From a virus (lineage: Duplodnaviria > Caudoviricetes), in IMG/VR virus record IMGVR_UViG_3300027734_000248, positions 1 through 28,585 of that record: a DNA stretch of 28,585 bases; one strand, given 5' to 3'. The notes under the pieces were generated by a model. That model saw nothing but the letters and a program-made list of their open reading frames with translations. It made no database searches and had not been told where the DNA came from. A program made the translations under genes and the position numbers. Shown piece after piece: positions 1-8,982 of the stretch (its first letter is position 1; each line of letters begins with the position of its first letter).

Positions 1-2
1 AG

Positions 3-158
3 ACTATGAAGAGTATGTGGGATTACAGTGCTGAGCCACTTATTGAGAAGTTCATTGAGAAGATGAATACTCTTGGGGAGTTCAAACACTTGACCACAAT
101 TTCTAAGGACAGAACCGAAACTATCTTGAATGCGTTAGAGTATGGCAAAGATAAGTAA
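3..158 (+). CDS. 3' end of a hypothetical protein (5'-truncated by the window)
   Basis: Open frame from base 3 (TMKSMWDYSAEPLIEKF...YGKDK) to TAA 156-158, overlapping the next start. Confidence 0.5.
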   Translation, partial: TMKSMWDYSAEPLIEKFIEKMNTLGEFKHLTTISKDRTETILNALEYGKDK

Positions 159-483
159 TAATTCTTCTGGGGCTAACTGGTCTGGTGAAAGAACTGTGCT
201 ACCATATCAGTCGTGTGGCTACTGTGGAACAGGACACCATGCTGACTGCCGAGGAGAACTTGGCTACTATGATAGACTCTGGGTGTGTGGTTGCGAATGC
301 AACGCAGACTGGGTTCCAATAGCAGTCATTGTAAATAACGAAACTAAGGAAGATAATGAAAAACGTTTGGAGAAAGCTCTTCAAGAAAAACAGAGCACTT
401 ACAAATCAACACGGACCAGCGAAGAAAGTCTCGGTAATCAAGGACTCGATTCAGAGGGACGACAAGGGTCGTTGGATTCTTGA
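142..483 (+). CDS. Cys/His-rich putative Zn-binding phage protein
   Basis: CGYCGTGHHADC...CGCEC motif; 3' part overlaps the next ORF by ~128 nt, so its end is uncertain. Confidence 0.65.
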   Translation: MAKISNNSSGANWSGERTVLPYQSCGYCGTGHHADCRGELGYYDRLWVCGCECNADWVPIAVIVNNETKEDNEKRLEKALQEKQSTYKSTRTSEESLGNQGLDSEGRQGSLDS

Positions 484-754
484 CAAGACAGAGGATGCAG
501 TAGAAACCTTTATTGCTAAGTTAACTGAAGAACTATCTGAAGAATTAATAGAAGTTAAGATAACAGGTAAGAAGTGCAAGTGTCAGAAGAAAAACTGCAA
601 GTGCGAACTAGGCCCAACATCAATTACTGCAAAAGTAGCAGTCAAGAAGCCAGTAGCCAAGAAACCAGCATCCGAAACCAAGGCAGTCTCAAAGGCAAAG
701 GTGGCAAAACCTGCTACTGCAAAGCCAACCCCAAAAAAACCAAAGTCAAAGTAA
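356..754 (+). CDS. Basic protein with a Lys/Ala/Pro-rich histone-H1-like C-terminal tail
   Basis: AAGGAAG upstream of ATG; KKPVAKKPASETKAVSKAKVAKPATAKPTPKK tail; CKCQKKNCKC cluster. Confidence 0.65.
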   Translation: MKNVWRKLFKKNRALTNQHGPAKKVSVIKDSIQRDDKGRWILDKTEDAVETFIAKLTEELSEELIEVKITGKKCKCQKKNCKCELGPTSITAKVAVKKPVAKKPASETKAVSKAKVAKPATAKPTPKKPKSK

Positions 755-993
755 CTGTAGGTTCAAAACTCGTAGGCAGGTCCCCATCTACTATCCACAA
801 CTGGATTAGTTGGGGACTTGTTCCACGAATTGAGGGGGAGCATCAGTATGTCTATTACGAGGATTTATTAGAAGTTCGTGATAAACTATGGGAGAACAAG
901 GGAAAGTTTAGTTCTAAGAACTACTTGACCCAACCCAGAGATAGTCAAGGAAACTTCGTATGCAAGAAAACAACGACGGAACACTCAAGATAG
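574..993 (+). CDS. MerR/excisionase-like HTH DNA-binding domain (true start uncertain; may be fused to the upstream ORF by a -1 frameshift)
   Basis: SKLVGRSPSTIHNWISWGLV HTH pattern; C-terminal PRDSQGNF; no ATG/GTG/TTG near the HTH. Confidence 0.6.
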   Translation: MQVSEEKLQVRTRPNINYCKSSSQEASSQETSIRNQGSLKGKGGKTCYCKANPKKTKVKVTVGSKLVGRSPSTIHNWISWGLVPRIEGEHQYVYYEDLLEVRDKLWENKGKFSSKNYLTQPRDSQGNFVCKKTTTEHSR

Positions 994-1211
994 CAATAGC
1001 CGCAAAACAAATCGGCGTGTCTACAAAGACAATTTACAACTGGATAGAGCACGGATATTTAGAAACCGTTTGCTCAGGATATGTCCGGCTCTCAGATGTG
1101 ATTAGAGCACAAGAACGGTCAGAAAAAGCCAAGTCAGAATCGGCTCGTTCTACCATAAAAACCATCTTCAGAGATAGAGACGGACGCTTCAGCATCTTCA
1201 AAACAAAGTAA
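960..1211 (+). CDS. MerR/excisionase-like HTH DNA-binding protein, apparent paralog of the preceding domain
   Basis: AAKQIGVSTKTIYNWIEHGYL HTH pattern; C-terminal RDRDGRF matches RDSQGNF of the neighbour. Confidence 0.75.
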   Translation: MQENNDGTLKIAIAAKQIGVSTKTIYNWIEHGYLETVCSGYVRLSDVIRAQERSEKAKSESARSTIKTIFRDRDGRFSIFKTK

Positions 1212-1380
1212 TGAAACGGTGTTATAGTTTGATTGTTGTTTATGAGAGGCGAAAAAGGCTGGCGTCAGCCTCACCTCACGCAAAAATTCGTCCGAGAATT
1301 TAGCGGCTCGCACTTTACTAAACAACTTGTACAATAACTCCGAGACGGATAACTTTACTGGCGTCTGGTAAACTTGTAAC

Positions 1381-1428
1381 GAAGGCGACTCCGTTACAGA
1401 CCTCTCCCCAGCTAACGGAGTCGTCTTC
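1381..1428 (+). other. 16-bp stem hairpin with a C-rich loop upstream of the 1450 gene
   Basis: GAAGGCGACTCCGTTA (1381-1396) pairs with TAACGGAGTCGTCTTC (1413-1428); loop CAGACCTCTCCCCAGC. Confidence 0.7.
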
Positions 1429-1449
1429 TTTACATTAAGGATTAATGCA

Positions 1450-2355
1450 ATGTCAGTCGAGCTTTTTGATAATCACGATAACGACCGCGCCGAATACGTT
1501 ATTGATGAACCGTTAGACCTCAGGCCTGACCTTTCACTTATCGGACTAGAAGAAGTTGACAAAGGTGTATGTGCTGATACATTTGAGAACCGACAGATAT
1601 TACGGCGAGCGCAACTAAACTGGGACCCTGTCTATTCAACCAACGGTATCCCTACTGGACTAATACGGGCCCGCTCTAAACAAAGTACTATCGAGCGTCG
1701 TATCATGTCTCTTGCGGAAAAGAAACCGATTATGGTTGACCCTAGTAACCGCAACTCAGATTACCTAACCGGCCTGGACTTGATAGCGGAAGAGAAAACG
1801 GATTACCTGGTACCCCCATGGGTGATTCACGCTTCCCGACTTTGGATTAAGGAACAGAACGAAGGCGGCCCGCGTAGTGAAAAACGTCAACCGCTCGCCC
1901 TCCCTCATCGTTGTCGCCAAATCAAAGATGACAATATCCGTTGTATGCTATGGTCCAGCGGACGTCCTAAAGATGACGGCCTGTGCAGAATCCACTTAAG
2001 AAGTACCAAACATAAAACATCGGATGACATTGAGCGTGCTCGTACAAAGTTGATGCAAGCTGCACCTTACGCCGTAGATGTTCTAGAAGAGCTAATGGAA
2101 AGTGCAGAGTCTGAACCGGTGAAGTTGAAAGCCGCCACTGAGATTCTTGACCGTGCCGGAGTTCGAGGTGGTATTGAAGTAGATACCTCGGTCAACATTG
2201 ACGTAAGACCAGCGGCCAGCATCATTGCTGAGCGACTACAACGTCTAACCACTACAGCAATGGAAGCATCTGCTAGGCTTGCACCAGAACAAGAACCAAT
2301 TGATGGCGAAGTTGTAGAAGATGACGGCCAGGAAGAGAAACAAACAAATGACTAA
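1450..2355 (+). CDS. Putative terminase small subunit-like protein with a CCCH Zn finger
   Basis: RC-x9-C-x13-CRIH finger followed by helical ARTKLMQAAPYAVDVLEELM...KLKAATEILDRAG, a pattern I associate with phage TerS-like proteins; CDS is solid, function inferred. Confidence 0.55.
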   Translation: MSVELFDNHDNDRAEYVIDEPLDLRPDLSLIGLEEVDKGVCADTFENRQILRRAQLNWDPVYSTNGIPTGLIRARSKQSTIERRIMSLAEKKPIMVDPSNRNSDYLTGLDLIAEEKTDYLVPPWVIHASRLWIKEQNEGGPRSEKRQPLALPHRCRQIKDDNIRCMLWSSGRPKDDGLCRIHLRSTKHKTSDDIERARTKLMQAAPYAVDVLEELMESAESEPVKLKAATEILDRAGVRGGIEVDTSVNIDVRPAASIIAERLQRLTTTAMEASARLAPEQEPIDGEVVEDDGQEEKQTND

Positions 2356-2572
2356 TCCAAAGTTGGAAGACATAATCCAGGCCGCTGAGCTGCACTACCA
2401 GAATTCACTAAGCGATATCGAGAATGCATCTACCCGCATCGAACATCTTCGCCTTAGTGCTCTTGCTGAAGAAGCGAAACTCATCCGGGACATGCTGAGC
2501 AACTTTGCATTAGGGCTTGTTTACACGCACACAGCTGCAGTTACTTCATTCGGCCCGACTCACGAAAACTAG
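2348..2572 (+). CDS. Hypothetical helical protein
   Basis: ATG 2348 overlaps the end of the previous gene (ATGACTAA), suggesting translational coupling. Confidence 0.65.
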   Translation: MTNPKLEDIIQAAELHYQNSLSDIENASTRIEHLRLSALAEEAKLIRDMLSNFALGLVYTHTAAVTSFGPTHEN

Positions 2573-2605
2573 ATAACGGCTCGTATCCAGGGAGACTTTG
2601 CATTA

Positions 2606-3466
2606 ATGTTTAAAAGAAGACAGCCGCCAGGAAAACCGGCCCGCACTAAGCGGGAACAATTTATCGCAACGGTAAAGAATTACAACGGATACCAGGCAAA
2701 CGCCGGCCTGCGTAATCAGTTTGGTGCGATAGTTGGATATGACGGACTTCCCTGGGCCGGAGCATTCATTGATGTAGCGGCCCGTGACGCTAATGTAAAG
2801 TTACCAGCTTGCGTGCAAACGGCAAGCGCACTTGCTGAATTTATCCGGGATGGTCAACTTCGCACTAAGCCGTTGCCTGGAGATATAGTCTTCTTCGCAG
2901 CCGCTGAGGAATTCGCGGCAAGCGCTTTTGAGATGCCACATGTTGGTGTGGTAGTAGACGTTCGTGAGTTTCACATAACGGGCAAGTTCCTGAGCATCGA
3001 AGGTAATACCCGCGGTGGTAATCCAAAGTTTGCATCGACTCAGATGGACGGGGTCTATCAACGGATTCGTCATTCGACTGAAGTACTTGCATTTGCCAGG
3101 CCCCTGGAATTTGAAGGAGCGGCTCGCTTCCAACTTTTCACTAAGGTTATTCAAAAGCTCAGAGCTGCTGAAGTCCTGGACGCAGCCTCTGTCAACTTTG
3201 CATCAACGGACTTACCATCAATAAACCAGGCAGCCTTACGGGCAGGCAACCGCAACCGCCAAGTAGAAACGGTTCAGTTAGCACTAAGCCTGGTGACGGA
3301 CATCAAAGATGCGGCCCGCGGTGTATGGGATTCATCAACGGAGTCTGCCTACCAGAGATGGCAGCGGTCTATAGGATTTGTCGGCAAGGATGCAAGCGGC
3401 ATGCCTGATAGGTCTAGCCTTCAACGGCTCGGACGTGAGACGGGCTTGTTCACAGTCCAGGACTAA
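2606..3466 (+). CDS. CHAP/NlpC-fold endolysin-like protein with a C-terminal peptidoglycan-binding-like domain; catalytic Cys replaced by Ala
   Basis: GLPW(A)GAFID, PLPGDIVFF, HVGVV, SIEGNT motifs; C-terminal VETVQLAL...GVWDSSTESAYQRWQRSIG..DASGMPD resembles PG_binding_1; GGAG RBS. Confidence 0.75.
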   Translation: MFKRRQPPGKPARTKREQFIATVKNYNGYQANAGLRNQFGAIVGYDGLPWAGAFIDVAARDANVKLPACVQTASALAEFIRDGQLRTKPLPGDIVFFAAAEEFAASAFEMPHVGVVVDVREFHITGKFLSIEGNTRGGNPKFASTQMDGVYQRIRHSTEVLAFARPLEFEGAARFQLFTKVIQKLRAAEVLDAASVNFASTDLPSINQAALRAGNRNRQVETVQLALSLVTDIKDAARGVWDSSTESAYQRWQRSIGFVGKDASGMPDRSSLQRLGRETGLFTVQD

Positions 3467-3625
3467 CCGGATGCGAACTGTATCCTAACTTTGCACTAAC
3501 GGCGAGCTCAGCTGCCGGATACCTCAAGCTCCAACTTTGCACTAAGCAACGGCTTGCTTCCAGCCGCCTGGAAAAATCACCGGCCTGCCCAACACACCAT
3601 TTTCAGCAACGGATAAGATACAAAC

Positions 3626-3913
3626 ATGCAACATATAGAAATTCACGTTATTGAATCCGACCGCGACATTGACGCTGCTGTAGAGTGCGGCCTGCTTGAC
3701 GGACCGTTCGCCATTGACCCCTGCGAGCATTGCGATGATGAAGTCGGAGTCCTTGGTAACTTCCACCCGTTCGTCATTGTGCTCAACGGAGATGACCAAT
3801 GGATTTTGTGCTACGACTGCTCGTTGCCTTTGTTTGACCCAAACCCGTCAGACGACTATCTAGATGATGACGAAGATGAGTCCGACGAAGATGACGGGTT
3901 CTTGCTTTACTAA
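3626..3913 (+). CDS. Acidic CxxC...CxxC Zn-ribbon protein
   Basis: CEHC and CYDC pairs; DDYLDDDEDESDEDD tail. Confidence 0.65.
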   Translation: MQHIEIHVIESDRDIDAAVECGLLDGPFAIDPCEHCDDEVGVLGNFHPFVIVLNGDDQWILCYDCSLPLFDPNPSDDYLDDDEDESDEDDGFLLY

Positions 3914-4057
3914 TCCGAAGTTAAGAAGTGACGGCTGACTAGCCATCAACAACTTTCCACTAACTCCTTAATACAAAGTGTATCACACAGGTTGCCAAAA
4001 AGCAACAACATTTAGAAATCCTTGTGAAAAAATGAATACAGGATTTTTGCGACACGC

Positions 4058-4087
4058 TTGACAAGTTCCGAGAACCTGTGCTAAGTT
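4058..4087 (+). promoter_or_regulatory. SigA-type promoter driving a leaderless gene
   Basis: TTGACA 4058-4063, 18-nt spacer, TAAGTT 4082-4087; ATG 7 nt downstream; GACACG just upstream. Confidence 0.75.
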
Positions 4088-4094
4088 CTCTGGT

Positions 4095-4688
4095 ATGAAA
4101 CGAATTAAGACACCAAAGCCAACTCCAATAGAGGTTGGCGACTTTGAGTTAACTTCTATGGAGTTTAACGATTTCCCTACTCGCTATACCCAACGCAAAT
4201 ACTCTGTGCTAAACGAGGAACACTCGCTAGGTATCATTGAGGGCATAGAGGTTTGGATTGGTATTGAGTATCTGTGGAACGAGTGTCCAGACCCGAAAGA
4301 CCCAACTCACGCTAAGCATTTCAGGGACTATACCAAAGAGGAACTATCTAGGTATAAAGAGTGGGACAGTAGCGTTGGTGAGACTTATTACAGATACAAG
4401 AAAAACCTACACGAAAAGCAGAGGTGGGGATTTATACGCATAACCTTAGCTTCGTTCGCAAATGGAATACAGATTGGCGACATTTTGATAGTAGAGAAGT
4501 TCGCAGAAACAGGCTACGCACCTAGTCTTAATACCTACGACATTGGCGACCCTATCTACCTAGACCAGACAGGAACTATTCGCAACTGGATAGAGAACAA
4601 TCAGCAGGCTATTAAGGACTTCGCAGAGGAAAGACGAATACTCGCCTACGAGTTGATAAACGACACGCTAAAAAAACTTAATCACTAA
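4095..4688 (+). CDS. Hypothetical protein (leaderless)
   Basis: 197-aa ORF starting at the predicted +1. Confidence 0.8.
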   Translation: MKRIKTPKPTPIEVGDFELTSMEFNDFPTRYTQRKYSVLNEEHSLGIIEGIEVWIGIEYLWNECPDPKDPTHAKHFRDYTKEELSRYKEWDSSVGETYYRYKKNLHEKQRWGFIRITLASFANGIQIGDILIVEKFAETGYAPSLNTYDIGDPIYLDQTGTIRNWIENNQQAIKDFAEERRILAYELINDTLKKLNH

Positions 4689-4759
4689 ACTTGACAAATG
4701 AAAAGTTTAATGCTTTAATGACTAAGTAATAACAAAACATCAAACGAACGGAAAACGAA

Positions 4760-5251
4760 ATGACAACAACAGCAATAACAGAGAACAGCGTTATTGGTAA
4801 GGCTCTCTACTTAGAGTTAGTTCCTACTGATACCTCTGCTGATAGCAGGATTACCCAAATCCTTATCACGCCAGAAGCATACGACCACACAGGCAACTTT
4901 GTTGGTATGGCTCTACACTCACGCACTATCTCACCTAGTTCGCCACGAAAGCAGTGGCGTATCAACTTCTCTGATGTAAATAACAAAGAGGTCTTTGACA
5001 GCAGAGTTCTTACAGGAGTAGGTATGAGTTCGCCACTAGCACAGGAACTCGCTGTGAAAATGGTTGCTCGCTTTGAAGCTTCACTCGCAAAGCAGGTATC
5101 ATACAAGTTCGTAGTTCGCAACAGACCAATCGTAGTTGAGGTTTCAGCAATAGACCTTAACGAGATTAGTAAATACACAACACCACAGGCTCTAATGCGT
5201 AGATTACAAAAAGCCAGAGTTGCTTGTGCTTTCCCCGAAAAACTAGTATAA
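4760..5251 (+). CDS. Hypothetical protein upstream of the MoxR/VWA pair
   Basis: 163-aa ORF; TTGACA at 4691 with TTTAAT 17 nt later; A/C-rich leader with GGA. Confidence 0.8.
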   Translation: MTTTAITENSVIGKALYLELVPTDTSADSRITQILITPEAYDHTGNFVGMALHSRTISPSSPRKQWRINFSDVNNKEVFDSRVLTGVGMSSPLAQELAVKMVARFEASLAKQVSYKFVVRNRPIVVEVSAIDLNEISKYTTPQALMRRLQKARVACAFPEKLV

Positions 5252-5287
5252 TCAAAATAGTCAAACTAACAGAACGGAAAATCTAAA

Positions 5288-6295
5288 ATGACTACATCAC
5301 CTATCACCGAACAAATAGACACTCTCTACCCAGACCTATCAAGTCTTATCTATGGAGTTGCTATTCAGAACCTAGACCCAAGTGGAGTTCCTGCTGGTCT
5401 AGTATCATTAATGCCAGCAGAAGCAAGGGCAACTTTGCGAGCAAAAGGCGACAACAAATCAACCCCGAAAGAGAAACCACCTGTGAGTGTAGATAGCCTA
5501 GTTGGTGAAACTAAATACCCACGACCAAATGGTCAGGATTACTATTCTCGCACTTGGGGAACTCACTCTGACATTGAGGTTCTGCGTAAAGCCAGAACTC
5601 TAAGTCAGTTTATCCTGCTCTATGGAAGTCCAGGAACTGGTAAGACAGCACTCGTTGAGGGTGCGTTCCCAGACGAGTTGGAAACTATCATTGGAACAGG
5701 CGATACAGAAGTCGCTGACTTCGTTGGTGGCTATGTCCAAACTCCGTCAGGTGGCTTTGAGTGGATTGACGGACCTTTGGTTAGAGCAGTTGAGCAGGGT
5801 AAGGTTCTGCTGATTGACGAGATTGGTCTGATTGACCCAAAGGTGCTTTCACTTGTCTATGGTCTAATGGACGGACGAGATGAAATCACAATCACACAGA
5901 ACCCAGAACGAGGAACTGTTAAAGCCAAGTCAGGTTTCTATGTCGTTGGTGCGACCAACCCTAACGCTGTTGGAGTTCGTCTATCTGAAGCTTTGCTTTC
6001 ACGCTTTTCTATTCAGGCTGAAATGACTACTGATTGGTCTTTGGCTAAGAAGTTGGGCGTTCCTGTTCCAGCAGTTACAGCAAGCCAGAACCTATCCAAG
6101 AAACAGCAATCAGGGGAAATCAGTTGGTCGCCTCAAATGCGAGAACTCCTAGCGTTCCGAGATGTAGCCAGCACCTTTGGAACTGCTTGGGCAGTTTCCA
6201 ACCTAATCGCTTGCTCGCCTGAAAACGACAGGTCAGTTGTCGCTGATGTCTTTACCAGAGTGTTTGGTGAGGAAGTCAGGTCAGCCAAGATTTAG
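5288..6295 (+). CDS. MoxR/CbbQ/CobS-like AAA+ ATPase
   Basis: Walker A GSPGTGKT, WIDGPLVRA, Walker B LLIDE, sensor ATNP, LSEALLSRF arginine finger. Confidence 0.93.
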   Translation: MTTSPITEQIDTLYPDLSSLIYGVAIQNLDPSGVPAGLVSLMPAEARATLRAKGDNKSTPKEKPPVSVDSLVGETKYPRPNGQDYYSRTWGTHSDIEVLRKARTLSQFILLYGSPGTGKTALVEGAFPDELETIIGTGDTEVADFVGGYVQTPSGGFEWIDGPLVRAVEQGKVLLIDEIGLIDPKVLSLVYGLMDGRDEITITQNPERGTVKAKSGFYVVGATNPNAVGVRLSEALLSRFSIQAEMTTDWSLAKKLGVPVPAVTASQNLSKKQQSGEISWSPQMRELLAFRDVASTFGTAWAVSNLIACSPENDRSVVADVFTRVFGEEVRSAKI

Positions 6296-6315
6296 CAGTT
6301 CCGTTCCTGCTAAAA

Positions 6316-6373
6316 GGGAGTGTCAAGAAAGTTGCGAAATGGACTTGACACTCCCAACCAAAACTGCTAAACT
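6316..6373 (+). promoter_or_regulatory. Promoter of the VWA gene, with its -35 embedded in a 12-bp perfect inverted repeat
   Basis: GGGAGTGTCAAG 6316-6327 / CTTGACACTCCC 6344-6355; TTGACA 6345-6350, 17 nt, TAAACT 6368-6373. Confidence 0.7.
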
Positions 6374-6408
6374 CGCAGTAGAACGAAACAACAAACAAAG
6401 GAAAACAA

Positions 6409-8271
6409 ATGGGACATTTATCAAGACTAGCAACACGCACTAGTGAAACTCCGAAAGCGTGGCTATCAACTTGTGCGACTATTGGACAAATCGCTAACGA
6501 GTGGGCAGGGCGTTCTGACCTCGTTGTGTATGGTGGCAAAGACGCAGGTATGGGTGAAGCGATTGCTTGCTTTATTCCTGACACAGCAGAGATTGAGGTA
6601 AGCCTACCTAACGCTTTTGGTGAAGTTACCACGCCTGAAATGGTTGGCGATTTGAAGCTAAGAAAAAACCAATACGAGTTTCCAGAAGCCATTGGTGTTA
6701 TCTATCACGAAGCACTACACGCTAGATACTCTGGTTGGGAACACTCACGCTTTGACGAACTGTTTAAGGCTAAGGAACTAACTAAGCGTGAATACGACAA
6801 CTTCTATCTGTTAGAGGAAAGTCGCATTGAAGCGTTGGGTGCGAGCCTTATGCCTAAGAACAGATTGTTCTTGCGTTCGTCTGCTCTCAAACTTTCACTT
6901 GGCGACATCAACGAAAAGATTGGTGAGATGTCTGCTGTCGCAGTTGCGAGCCAACTAGCAGGGCTGGCACTTGCGAGAGTTACAGGTGGCGTATTAGAAC
7001 CTGATGATGTCTATCTGATTGAGGACAAGGTTTCAGAAGTTCTTGGCTACGACTTGCTAGACAAACTTCGTGAGATTTGGACAGAGTTCCAAACTCTATC
7101 TCACCACAACCCAGCACACTTCGTTCGTGGAGTGGAACTTGCTAAACTCTGGACACAACTTGTCAAGGACAAAGCAGTAGAGCAGGGTCAAGAGCCAGAG
7201 CAGGGCGAGGGCGAGGGCGAGGGCGAGGGTTCTGGTGCTGGCTCTGAAATGTCTGACGAGATGAAAGAGATGATTGGCAAGATTATCTCTGACCTGATTG
7301 AAGCTGTTGAGAACTCTGCTGACGATACTGCTCTGGCTACTAATGACGATTTGGCTGACCAGCAAGACCAAGAGGAAAGTAAGGAACAGGCTTCAGAAAA
7401 GAGTAAGAAGTCAGAACAGCAGAACAAGGACAAAGAGATTGCTAATAAGATTTTCTCTCGTTCGTCTGGTGGTGGCGAAACAGGTAGTTCCTCTACGCTG
7501 ATTGAAACTCGTCAGCCTACCAGCGAGGAACGCATAGCAAGCGTTCGTGTATCACAGATGTTGGAACGAGCAAAGTATCGTGAGAGAGATGTCGTTACCA
7601 AGACAGGTGTAGTTCCTGCTGGCAGACTTCGCACTAGAACTTTGGTTCAGGGCAAAGCGTTAGAGAGCAAGGGTATCAAGACCCAAGTTGAAGCGTGGGA
7701 ACACAAGACACGCAAATACACAGACGAGCCAACTCTGTCTGTTGGTGTAATGGTAGATGTATCTGGCTCTATGGGGAACGCTATGAACCCTCTCGCAACG
7801 ACAGCGTGGGTTCTCGCTGAAGCAGGTCGCAGGGTTCAGGCGAAAACTGCTATGGTCTATTATGGCTCTGGCGTATTCCCAACTCTCAAAGTCGGTCAGC
7901 GACTTCCAGAGGTCAAGGTCTATACAGCACCAGACGGAACTGAAAAGTTTGGTGAGGGCTGGTCTGCTCTAAATGGCTCGCTTGATTTACTTTATGGGCG
8001 TGGTGCGAGATTGCTCGTAATCGTTTCTGACGGACATTACACAGGTGGCGAAAGCAAGAGAGCAAAAGAAGTTATGAAAGAGTGCCAGCGTAACGGCGTG
8101 GCTGTGATGTGGATTTCACCTGACAAGATTGGGAGTAATGGTGCTTACGACATTGTTGCCGAGAACTCCGAAGCAGTTTTGATTGACGGAACTGCTGGCA
8201 AGGACATAGCAACGCTGATTGGTTCGGCGTGTGCGAAAGCATTGGAACAGGTCGGCAAGCGTAATGCCTAA
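6409..8271 (+). CDS. CobT-like VWA-domain protein with an N-terminal HExxH metallopeptidase-like region; partner of the AAA+ ATPase
   Basis: HEALH...LEESRIE; acidic GEGEGEG linker; MIDAS DVSGSM and VSDG; adjacent to the MoxR-type ATPase. Confidence 0.9.
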   Translation: MGHLSRLATRTSETPKAWLSTCATIGQIANEWAGRSDLVVYGGKDAGMGEAIACFIPDTAEIEVSLPNAFGEVTTPEMVGDLKLRKNQYEFPEAIGVIYHEALHARYSGWEHSRFDELFKAKELTKREYDNFYLLEESRIEALGASLMPKNRLFLRSSALKLSLGDINEKIGEMSAVAVASQLAGLALARVTGGVLEPDDVYLIEDKVSEVLGYDLLDKLREIWTEFQTLSHHNPAHFVRGVELAKLWTQLVKDKAVEQGQEPEQGEGEGEGEGSGAGSEMSDEMKEMIGKIISDLIEAVENSADDTALATNDDLADQQDQEESKEQASEKSKKSEQQNKDKEIANKIFSRSSGGGETGSSSTLIETRQPTSEERIASVRVSQMLERAKYRERDVVTKTGVVPAGRLRTRTLVQGKALESKGIKTQVEAWEHKTRKYTDEPTLSVGVMVDVSGSMGNAMNPLATTAWVLAEAGRRVQAKTAMVYYGSGVFPTLKVGQRLPEVKVYTAPDGTEKFGEGWSALNGSLDLLYGRGARLLVIVSDGHYTGGESKRAKEVMKECQRNGVAVMWISPDKIGSNGAYDIVAENSEAVLIDGTAGKDIATLIGSACAKALEQVGKRNA

Positions 8272-8287
8272 CTAGTTCCACAAGAAG

Positions 8288-8398
8288 TCCGTCAGGGATT
8301 GAGCAACGCTGTTTTTGTTGTCCCCTTTCACAGCAGGTTCTCCCTGACGGATTAGAAACCCTCTGATAGTTTATTCCCATTTCCTATCAGGGGGTTTC
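8288..8398 (+). ncRNA. Tandem 3' hairpins with anti-RBS loops (candidate sRNA or terminator)
   Basis: Stems 8288-8298/8341-8351 and 8355-8369/8384-8398; loops TTTTGTTGTCCCCTTTC and TTTATTCCCATTTC. Confidence 0.5.
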
Positions 8399-8583
8399 GT
8401 CTATCTGGCGAGCTTCAAATGTAGATGAGTTCCAGTAGATGCTGATGAGTGTGCGAACTTTACACTAACTAATACAAAGTTGTCAAGCCGAAGATTTTTA
8501 CTTTCTCTGTTGTATTCATTTTTTCACTAAACACACTCGTAGATGAGTTTGACTTTTGATTAGTCTTAGTGTAAAGTGAGGGT

Positions 8584-8925
8584 ATGATAATAGATACAGA
8601 AGCGTTTCCATACACGAACGAATACGACATCAACCTCTACTACGACAAAGAGAGAAGTAGGTTGCTCGTTATCGCCTACGAACTTGATTGGGAAGAGGAC
8701 AAAGACAATAAGGGCGAATACATACATTGTCTTAACAACTACGACAATCCAATAGAACTCTGCGAGATAGACGACGCCACACTCAAAGCGTGGGACTTCT
8801 ATGTATCTGACCATTGGACAACTCGCACACACTTTGAAGTGGAGTTCGCACACCTGCCTATGTTGCTACACATTATGAAACCACACCTAGAAAGTTTGCC
8901 AGCATACGAGGCGTTTCTGCCTTGA
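8584..8925 (+). CDS. Acidic hypothetical protein (leaderless)
   Basis: TTGACT 8549, TAAAGT 8572-8577, ATG 6 nt later. Confidence 0.8.
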   Translation: MIIDTEAFPYTNEYDINLYYDKERSRLLVIAYELDWEEDKDNKGEYIHCLNNYDNPIELCEIDDATLKAWDFYVSDHWTTRTHFEVEFAHLPMLLHIMKPHLESLPAYEAFLP

Positions 8926-8982
8926 CAAATAATCAAACTTGCTGTAAGGTGAAACTAACACAAAGAGAAAAGGACAATACAA

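Noticed and set aside
63-70. ATGAATAC as a partial inverted 16-mer
   Set aside because: Only an 8-bp match, inside a coding frame; compatible with chance
7202-7229. GAGGGC tandem repeat (also GAA run ~17268-17307 and GAAGAC run ~20075-20116)
   Set aside because: In-frame low-complexity codon repeats encoding acidic linkers or tails, not independent elements
8442-8460. Hammerhead ribozyme core (CTGATGAG...GAA)
   Set aside because: GAAC instead of GAAA, and I could not build stems I and III
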